64,000 nucleotides of DNA from Macrostomum lignano (Eukaryota), in assembly GCA_002269645.1 (NCBI GenBank), contig NIVC01001571.1, positions 11,970 through 75,969 of the forward strand, given 5' to 3'. Positions 35,371-64,000 of this stretch are shown in pieces; positions within the stretch are counted from its first letter, which is position 1; each line of letters starts with the position of its first letter. The position numbers and the translations under genes are program-made. A model generated the notes under the pieces. It ran no database searches. It was not told the origin of the DNA and was given only the letters and a program-made list of their open reading frames with translations.

Positions 35371-36057
35371 TCATCAGTCAGTTCTCCTATTAATCCGAAA
35401 GCAAAAGCGAAAACTCGGGTACCGGTCTACCTAAAGCTCAAATCGTGTGTACCTCACATACGGTCAGACTTGATACAGTTGTATTTATTTCTCACCTTTG
35501 TACATATGACTTTGTTAGAAACAAAAGAGCAAGCATATTGTGCAAACATTGTTCAATATTTCGACACAGACACAATAAAACTTTCCAACAATACAATTTG
35601 ACCAACAAACAAAAGCAACAAAGGACAGTCGCAATTCTGACTGGCAATAAAAAATTAATAATACATCGAAGCAATAGCAAAACACAGAAACAAAACCACA
35701 CGCAGTTGAATAGAATAGTTCGAGTCGAATAAAAACCAACGTCAACTGTGCATAAAATTAGCATATTTAATTAGTAGAATCGTACAATTTGAACGCAGAA
35801 AAAAGTTTTGTTTTGAGAAAAGCAAAAGCAGTTTACTCTGATAATTTTTTTATTTTTATAAAACAGGCAAACAACAATAACTAGGCGATAAAAAAGCTGT
35901 GGGACAACTGAATGACGCGCGATATAGACTACTACTTGACTATATGACTTAGTAGTAGTAAGCAGAGAAAATCTAAGCAAAATCACACAGAGACAGCAAA
36001 TTTACTATGCATAAATATAGATAGAAGGTCGAATTTATTAAATAATTATTTTGCAAA

Positions 36058-55641
<19,584 letters not shown>

Positions 55642-56129
55642 AACTTTTTGTTGTTGAATTTAAACAGCGCAAAAGATGCTAATGCAAAAACTTCTCAAGA
55701 TTTAGAATTCAGCAATTCAGAGATCTTGGGAGACCGGAGCGGTCGGTTGAGAAAAAATGAAAGATGCCGCTCGATCCGCCGGGGTGGTTGGGGAAGATGA
55801 GGCGGGGCGGAGCGGGAAGCTGAGGAGGGGGACAGAGAATTGGGGTAGAAATCTTCTCTGCATCCTGCTCACAGATAATCCGCGTCCAATCCAACCAGGG
55901 CTTCATAATTCGTTCTCTCTCATTTTTCTTTCTCTAACCCTGATCTCAGTGATTTGCTAGCTCAGCACTGAATGATCATCATTACAGACCAGCTCTGGCG
56001 GCTGGTTCCTCTGTCCTCTCCGAAAAATTGACCAGGTCAGAAAAAAGACTGACAAGTCTCGAATAGACTAACACGGGTCAGGGTTAGCGTTTAACTATAA
56101 ATGACGCATGGGGAAATAGCGAAGATATT

Positions 56130-56570
56130 GAGGCTCATTGGGGGAATTGTTAAGATGTCAAGAATCATGGGGAAATTCTTAAGAAGTCAAGACTAATGAG
56201 GGAATTGCTAAGATGTCAAGGCTCATGGGTAAATTGCTAAAATTTTAAGGCTTAAGGGGGAATTGCTAAAAGGTCAAGGCTCATGGGGGAATTGCTAAGA
56301 GGTCAAGGCTTATGGGGGAATTGCTAAGAGGTCAAGGCTTATGGGGGAATTGCTAAGATGTCAAGACTCATGAGGGAATTGCTAAGATGGCAAGACTCAT
56401 GAGGGAATTGCTAAGATGGCAAGACTCATGAGGGAATTGCTAAGATGGCAAGACTCATGAGGGAATTGCTAAGATGGCAAGACTCATGAGGGAATTGCTA
56501 AGAGGCAAGACTCATACAGGGATTTTTGAAATGCCGCGGCTCATGGGGGTTGCTCAGATGCTTGGAGCCA
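56130..56570. repeat. 29-bp minisatellite (GGGAATTGCTAAGATGGCAAGACTCATGA) upstream of the NFI-like gene
   Basis: About 14 units, homogeneous in the centre. Confidence 0.92.
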
Positions 56571-58454
56571 AAGCTCATAGCAGGTAATGATATCTTAGGC
56601 TAGATAGCTAGCTGTCAGGGCAGCTGCTTTTTGCTTTAAACATCAGTTTCCTTAATAAAAAATCTAGCAAAACTAGCAAGATTAAAAACTACATATATGA
56701 AGAGTGTCCCAAAAGTTCCCAGAATGTTTGTTCTAGCTCCTCCATATTTTGACCCATTTTTATGCATTTTTGTGTCAAACTAAAGATAATTGTTCAACAA
56801 GAAAATGTCATATGAATTTCTTTTCCATCTGGTTTCAGACTTTCAGTTAAGAGCTACACTAGAAAATGTGAAGGAAAGTCAGCACTAGTGTTACACAACC
56901 TTGAATCCCCACCTCATTTAGAATGAGCTGCTTCTTTATGGCATAGCAACTGTTTCCAATCCAAAAACTACTTAAAAATGAATTGCCATCATTTGTGCAA
57001 AAACAAACAGATCAATCTATCCAAATAACCAATTTCCCAGTCATTGTGCTACATAAAACTCAAGCTACCCAACTAGTCACTTTCAGATTCAAAGGTCAAG
57101 ATTGTTGGCTAACTTCCCAAAAAAATTAAGAAGCACTGAAAAAAAGAAATTTTTGTAGTTTGCCTTTTGTATTTATACTGCTTAAAGGTAGCTCAAACTT
57201 GGAACTTCAAAATTCAATTTAAAACATCTTCATTTCTGTAAAATTGTAGCATTGAAAATCTTGTATAAACAGAAATTAGAGAACACTGATTGGAAAAACT
57301 AGGAAACAAGGGGTCAGCTGATGACCTTTTCTACCTAAGGAAATTAAGGGGTTAAGACACCAAAAAATTGAATTAACAACTTCAACTAGTTAGCATTTTA
57401 AAGCAACAAATGAAAATTAAGTTACTTTTCAGACACTTTTATTTCTACTTTAAGTAGTCATTAAAGCACAGTATAAAATATCAACAATAGATATATACAT
57501 AAAATATCCTATAGCAAAGTTGAATTATTTCTCATGATTCTTTGAAATTAGAAAAAAAGAATAAACTTTTGATTCAGTTTGGCACTTGACTAGTGCAAAA
57601 TAATAGCTCATAAGCACTTTTTTGCTCAGATTTTTAGTCATTTGTCACTATAGACCTAGGGCACAAAGTTTATAATATTCTCTTTAACTATATTTGCTTA
57701 GACTTATTAGCTTTTATATATGCAGTATAAATTGTTTAATAGCTATAATTTGAAGTTAACAATTTATTTATTTATTTATGACCTCATTTTAATATCTGGA
57801 CTTTTTGTTTATGATTCAAGTCAATATATTGGTTACAATGTATAATTTTATTTTCTGTTAATATGATGTAATAAAGCATATTAGTTTATAGTTTTCTTTA
57901 ATATTTTATAGTCAAAATAGGAATAAATAGTTATTAAACAATAGATAGGCTAACTAGATTTGTAACTTTTAACTCAAAGCTATTTTGAAATAATAAAAGA
58001 AATAAACAAACAAAATAAACTAAGACAAAAGTAACTACTTACAAAGTGAATACAAAAAGCACAAAAAATTAATACAAGAAAATTGTTTTCTAACTAAAGA
58101 AAAATGTTAAAACAAATGAAGCCAGCAAATATAGCATATGAATAAAAATAACTAATCCAATAATCAACAAACAAAGAAAGAGAAAATATATATTGAGAAA
58201 AGTTACACTACTTATTATAATACATTTTGTAATACAAAGCATAGCACAAAGTTTATCAAAAAGATCTAGGTAACAAATTAACAATTAAATAAAAAAAATA
58301 AGTTAATAAATTTTATTTGATGATATAAATTATATATATTGATAATATTCCAAAGGTTGGTTTTGCATTTTAATCAAAATTTGGTTGCATAAACAAAGCA
58401 ATTTTAGAAACTGGGTTACAAAAAATAATAACTAATTGATTATACTTGCTCAAA

Positions 58455-59027
58455 TTGGGCCAGATGTGCAACAAACAGCTTAGTTGCAGCTATTGTATGG
58501 TATATCTGAAGGCTGCATATAGCTGTTTACTCTAAGGACTAGGGGGTTGCCATACACACCCTCAGTTATCCTAGCTAATGCTGGCACCCATTTTACAGCT
58601 GGGTGAACTGTACAATGCAGTGCAGAACAATGCAGAGTTAAGTCAAGTGTCTTCCTTAAGAACATAAATTGTTCCAATAGAATTGGGAATCAAACCCCTA
58701 ACATACATGCGCAACAGTTGGCCAAGTTGGCTGACCAATTTGGCGGCCAACCAAGGAAGTCGCAAAAATGCCCACCCAAAAAAATAGCCAAGTAGTAGTA
58801 CTAAGTAGCTGATGAGGCATTTTGGCTTAATAAGACAGTCATAGTTACTCCTGCTGTTTACCCAAAGTTGCGTTAATTTTGCTTTAGGGTTTTTTACATG
58901 TAAGTCACATTTTTGGCCAAAAACTACATCACATTTTTGTTAAAACTAAGTCGCATGGCCAACCGAATTTCGGAGGTTGGGCATGTATGACCCCTAACCT
59001 TCAAGTTGTAACTCCAATGCTCTAACT
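58455..59027 (-). mobile_element. Old copy of the CORE-like SINE, split in its B-box region by a MITE
   Basis: Tail (AGATGTGCAAC...), central domain (CCCATTTTACAGCTGGGTGAACTG) and GGGAATCAAACCCC lie left of the MITE. CCTTCAAGTTGTAACTCCAATGCTCTAAC (tRNA head) lies to its right. Confidence 0.75.
58702..58989. mobile_element. 288-bp MITE of the CATACATG family
   Basis: TIR CATACATGCGCAAC / GTTGGGCATGTATG and perfect TSD ACCCCTAA (58694-58701, 58990-58997). Colinear with 11695-11980. Confidence 0.92.
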
Positions 59028-61094
59028 TAAGTTGTAGATAATTGTAGACATAGATAAGTTGTAGAAATAAACTAAAAATTAATTATTAAGTTTTAAAAGA
59101 AAAAAGTCTAATAGACTATAGTTATTTTAAGTATAGGTATTAATATCATCAGATGTACTAAAAATGAAAACTTATAATACAAACAGCTAAATTAAATAGG
59201 AGTATTTACAATTTAAGAGAATTCCATAATCTAGAAGGAATGTGTAAATAAGTTATAAAATCCCTTTTATTAAAAAAGAAAAAGTTTAACTAAAAAATCT
59301 AATAAACATTTATATTTTTTCTTTAATAGACAAGATAGCCTTTTTATAGATGCTATCTACTAGTTTATAGATTGTGGTTCCATGGTCTAGGAATATCAAT
59401 ATGGAAAGAAAAATAACATGTTTATTATCTGGTGCACTTTACAAAGGTATTGGTAAAATGTGGTATATTTAAAGTATATAAAAGGTGACCAGCATGCAAT
59501 TTTATGCATCTGCAGGTTTTTAAAAGCTTTTAAAGGTTTTTGAATAGTATTTCAACAAGGATCTTATCTAGAGATATTTTATTTTTAGGTTGTATGTTTT
59601 ATTTCTACTATGTCTATTAGTAGACATAGTCCAAACTGAAAAGTTGAAAAATCTTAAAAAGATGCAAAAAAATAGGTAGTGCTTATTCCCACAGTACTGT
59701 AGAAAAAATCTTATTACTATGCTATGGGATTATGCAAATAATTTTCTGCTTAACTGCATGATATAACACAAGCAAGATAGCTATCCTATTGATATATATA
59801 TATCATAGGGATAACTTTCATCTTATCTATATAGCACATTGACAAGTTAGCTGCTTTATCTTATATATACATTTACTTAAAAAGTTATTTTTACATTTAT
59901 AAAACAAATATTTTTAAAGCAAAGTCATATTGTTATACTGCAAATAAACCATAAGTAACAAACTAATGATTCCTTGTTATATCTATAAAAACAGGAATAT
60001 AAGACTATTTTGTCATAGTAGCATATGAATAGGATGTTAATTATTCCTTATAGCTATAGTATCTATAGAAAAATAAGACAACTATCTTGTTAGTATGCTA
60101 TGCAGATAAGATTGAGGCAATGGCTAGAGTTTCAGCATTGGAACCAGTTTTCTAAGAGCTATGGATCTAGCAATGCAATTATAATATATATGGAACATTA
60201 TTATACTTTTCCTTTTATAAGTTGCTAATATTGAGATTTTGATCTAGATAAGATTCAAAATGATATGATAAGATTCAAAACACAATGCTTTAAATATTCA
60301 GACTTCTTATTCCTACATACTAATTATACTATACTGAACAAAATTTTAACTTAATATAATGAATGATTTACATTAGTATTTTTAAAAAGAAATATAAAAA
60401 TGTATATTTGTCACTCGTATTAAAAATATAATTATACAAGCAAATATAATAACTATAATCTCTGTACATTTTAAACACTGACATTAGAGGTCAGACAGGA
60501 TCCCAATCCCGATCCCAAGGAAAATTATATTCCTGCGGGACCAGGATCCCAACCCTAAAAAACACAAGAATTGGGAACAGGTCTTTTGATTAAAAGTTTA
60601 TAGAATTAGTGATTACTTAAATGTATTTTGTTTTAACTTGTATCTATTACATCATTACTTTGTTTGTTACAAAACTTTGTATCAATTTTGTTGTGTTTTA
60701 CTTTTGATCTTGACATTTTTTGCTCAAATTTGTTTAACTTTATATGGACCTACAAACTACAATACACTAAAAGACCTAATCTTGATTCCCAAATCCTGAT
60801 CCTGATCTGATCCCAAAAAATTATTCTCAATCCCAATCCCACGCGAAGATTTCAATCCCATTGGACTCATACATGCCTAACACCCGTCCGACCCGTCCGA
60901 ACCAGACGGGTGAAATGGCCGCTGGCCAAGGTAAGTCACAAAATCGAAAAATTGGGGAAAGAAAGAAAGGAGAGAAAGAGAAAAAGAAAAAAAAGGAGAG
61001 AGAAGAGAAAGAGAGAGAAAAGAGGAGAGAAAAGAGGAGAGAGAAAGAAAAAGCAAAAAAGAGAAAAAGGCAAGAAAAGTCATATACAATTGAA

Positions 61095-61550
61095 AATTAA
61101 GTCGCAATCGAGAGGAACTAAGTCGCAATTGAGAGGAACTAAGTCGCAATCAAGAGGAACTAAGTCGCAATTGAGAGGAACTAAGTCGCAATCGAGAGGA
61201 ACTAAGTCGCAATCAGGAGGAACTAAGTCGCAATCAGTCAGGAGGAACGAAGTCGCAATCGAGAGGAACTAAGTCGCAATCGAGAGGAACTTGAAGTCGC
61301 AATCGAGAGGAACTAAGTCGCAATCGAGAGGAACTAAGTCGCAATTGAGAGGAAATAAGTCGCAATCGAGAGGAACTAAGTCACAATCGAGAGGAACTAA
61401 GTCGCAATCAGGAGGAACTAAGTCGCAATCGAGAGGAACTAAGTCGCAATCAAGAGGAACTAAGTCGCAATCAAGAGGAACTAAGTTGCAATCGAGAGGA
61501 ACTAAGTCGCAATCAGGAGGAACTAAGTCGTAATCGGGAGGAACTAAGTT
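61095..61550. repeat. 21-bp tandem array (AAGTCGCAATCGAGAGGAACT)
   Basis: About 21 units. The core AAGTCGCA is the reverse complement of the core in 12440-13260. Confidence 0.95.
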
Positions 61551-61659
61551 GTCTTGAATTCCATATTCTTAAACATCTCCAAATCCTTTGCAAAGCCTTT
61601 TAAATACCATATCTTGTTTTGCCCGTTTGCAAAAACTGACTTCCATTGTCTAGACTCAG

Positions 61660-62340
61660 ACTCTCATGTCTCCTCTCTGCATTCTTGCCATTACTCTCTT
61701 CTCCCTCCTCCTCTCTACCTCTTTATTTATCTCTTCTCCCTCGTGTTTGCTCTGTACCCTCTCCTGTGTCCTCTCTTCTCTCTTATCTCTCCCCTCTTCT
61801 CTCCTCTCATATCTCATCTCTACTCATTTATCTATTGTCTCTCCTATACTCTCTCTCTTCTCTTTTCTCTCTCCTCGCTGCTCTCGTTTATCTTATTTTC
61901 TATACCCTCTCCTTTCTTATCTCCTATCTTTTTTGCTTCCTTTCTACCATCTTTATCCTATCTTCTCTCTTCTTTTCTCTAATATCTAATCTCTTCTCTT
62001 TCTTATTTTTGCACATATCTCTTTTCTCATTGCATCTCACATCTCTAATCTCTGTACTCTTACCTTTACCCTCTTCTTTCTCTCTTAACTCTCTCATCTC
62101 TGACCTTTCATCTCTTTCCTCTCTCCTCTCTTTTATTTCAGCTGTACTCATACACTCTCATCTCTCTTGTCTCCTGTCTGCTATCTCATCTCTCTCCACT
62201 CCCATCTCATTTCTCCTCTTCTCTTCGATTCTTCTCTCTCCCTCTTCATTCCTGCCTTACTCCCTCTTCTCTCCCATCTGTCCTCCCTCATATCTACTCT
62301 CTTTTCTATTCTTTAACTTTTCTCTATACCCTCTTCTCTG
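61660..62340. repeat. CT-rich low-complexity tract
   Basis: Polypyrimidine tract giving the spurious Leu/Ser ORFs. Similar tracts lie at 11215-11690 and (GA) 12030-12210. Confidence 0.9.
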
Positions 62341-63315
62341 ACTCATTTATGTGCCAAATCCATCGAAATCCTCTCCATAAAACTGAAATTTATCAAAAAC
62401 TCTCCATGAGACTGAACTTCATCAAAATTCCCTTTTGATAAACTACAAAAATATCTTTCTCTTGGAGGACTCTCACTTCTTTGGCCATCAGTCTTAGTCT
62501 CCGAATCTGAGTCCAAATGAATGGCTGTGTTATAGTTGGATCCATGCTTCAGTACTAGCATCAGTTGATGGTCAAGATTCTATAGCAATAGATTCAGCAT
62601 GAGCAGTGCGCCATTGTACAAATCCTGTCTCAAGACTTCTAGTTTCTTCTTTATTTCAAAAACAGCTTCTCCTTTAGCTGACATTACTGGAGAAGAGCTA
62701 TATGTGTGGGTTGTTGCATCTGTACCATGAATCTAATTTTTTGCATTCTGCATAGATAGATCTATATTAGAAGCAACAAGCTCTGGATTTTGCACTGCCA
62801 TTAACAGTCCCTCTCTGTGTGAGCTTGCTGAGCATTGGAATGGTTGTGCTTCTAGTTCCCTTGAATATGCTGCAGCTGCACCATCACCTAATCCCTGGGC
62901 TGCGCTTAAGATTGCTGGTAAATTTTCTTCTAATATCCAATGCATACTAGAACAATAATTAACTTCTCCAGTGAGTTACACAACCAAGTTTCCATTGTGT
63001 AAAGAGCAATGGCTTTCGCTCTTCAGCTGCAGAAAGGGGGAGCTGGTTTATGGAATAGTCTTCATGGCCTTTTTCATCCCACTCACGTGCAGGATTCAGT
63101 ATATAATCAGGTGCAGGTCTATCTTTAAGTGAAGTATATAATACTCAATGAATGACATGAGTGCACGAGTACAAATTTGCACAAGTATAAATACAAAGTG
63201 CATAAGTATATATATATACAAGTTAGTTTGCCAGACATATACAGTAATAGTACAGTATGTAGAGTGTAGCTTACAGGGTATAGGCTACAGTTCAGTTTAG
63301 TACTGCAGTCTGCAA

Positions 63316-63485
63316 CATACATGTGCAACCTTGGGGAATCACCAGCAATTTCTATTGGCAACACACATATAAGTCACTATTGGACAGAATAGTAGTCACA
63401 TGACTGCTCTCAGCCAATAGCGATTTACATATATGTGTTGCCAATAGAAACAGCCAGGTGAATCCCAAGGTTGCGCCCAAGCATG
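63316..63485. mobile_element. 170-bp hairpin MITE with CATACATG-type terminus
   Basis: Long imperfect inverted arms (CAACCTTGGG..TTCTATTGGCAACAC / GTGTTGCCAATAGAA..CCCAAGGTTG) and perfect 8-bp TSD GTCTGCAA (63308-63315, 63486-63493). Confidence 0.85.
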
Positions 63486-64000
63486 GTCTGCAATGCTGCA
63501 TAAGTGAATAAGTGAACAATAAATCAATCGAGAAAAAGTGAGGGCAGGAGAAAGGGAAGAGAAATAAGGTACTTAATTTTTCAGTAAGCACAAGCATGCA
63601 AAGTGTGCTACCCCCCCCCTGGTCCTTTAGTATGGTGGTACATAGGTAAGTAGCAAATCTTAGACAAAACTAAGTTGCACTGGACAGGTGAAATTTTGAG
63701 GTTGGGCATATATGAACCCAATAATGTTATGCATCTTAGTAAGGCGCACCTATAACCCTCGAACATTTTTAGCTTGAGTTTGAATGTGCATGAGGAAATG
63801 CACTTTTGTAAAGACAATCTTAAGACAAACATTTCAACTAAAGCCTGTTCCTTTTTTCTGCAGTGAATCCATACAAACTATACTCATTAAATAGATTAGA
63901 TTCTTCTCTTTAAATGACACATCACTTGTGCAATTTGCTATTGTAGTTTTGAAGTTACAGCAGTTTTTGTGAGATTTTTTTTGTCAATTTTCAATGCACA

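Larger units (their letters stand above)
60868..63714. mobile_element. Second ~2.8-kb CATACATG-family non-autonomous element, opposite orientation to 10627-13447 and more degenerate
   Basis: Starts CATACATGCC..GGTAAGTCACAAAAT and ends AAAACTAAGTTGCA..GAGGTTGGGCATATATG. The module order (GA tract, AAGTCGCA array, CT tract) mirrors the first copy. No TSD is recognisable (ATTGGACT vs AACCCAAT). Confidence 0.6.

Noticed and set aside
60484-60867. TAGAGGTC..GATCCCAATCCC-rich segment, probable MITE end
   Set aside because: It is truncated by the 60868 element and the other terminus was not found within the window.

Overview
Eukaryotic (metazoan) genomic DNA, not prokaryotic. It has GC-rich spliced exons, GT-AG introns filled with minisatellites, and many transposon relics. 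The style (poly-Ala/Gln/Pro exons, a different tandem array in most long introns) suggests a free-living flatworm such as Macrostomum, but that assignment is inference. I assembled five intron-containing genes by hand, all on the minus strand, with phase-consistent splice sites: (1) BOP1/ERB1, 6 exons, 691 aa; (2) a divergent rhodopsin-type 7TM receptor with an apparent 1-nt frameshift near its start; (3) an HR96/NR1J-like nuclear receptor with a variant P-box, a 23-residue D-box and no start codon of its own; (4) a signal-peptide, 'C2H2-like', C-terminally membrane-anchored protein; (5) a very divergent 1171-aa NFI/CTF-like transcription factor spanning 19.6 kb. Mobile DNA includes a family of elements with CATACATG termini and 8-bp TSDs (five copies, 170 bp to 2.8 kb, some nested), a 1.6-kb hAT relic with a transposase fragment, a 567-bp MITE, tRNA-derived SINEs with a CORE-like domain, an LTR-like segment ending in a tRNA-Leu PBS, a degenerate non-LTR reverse transcriptase, and a TIR element carrying telomere-like repeats. 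Most ORFs in the supplied track are artefacts of tandem repeats.
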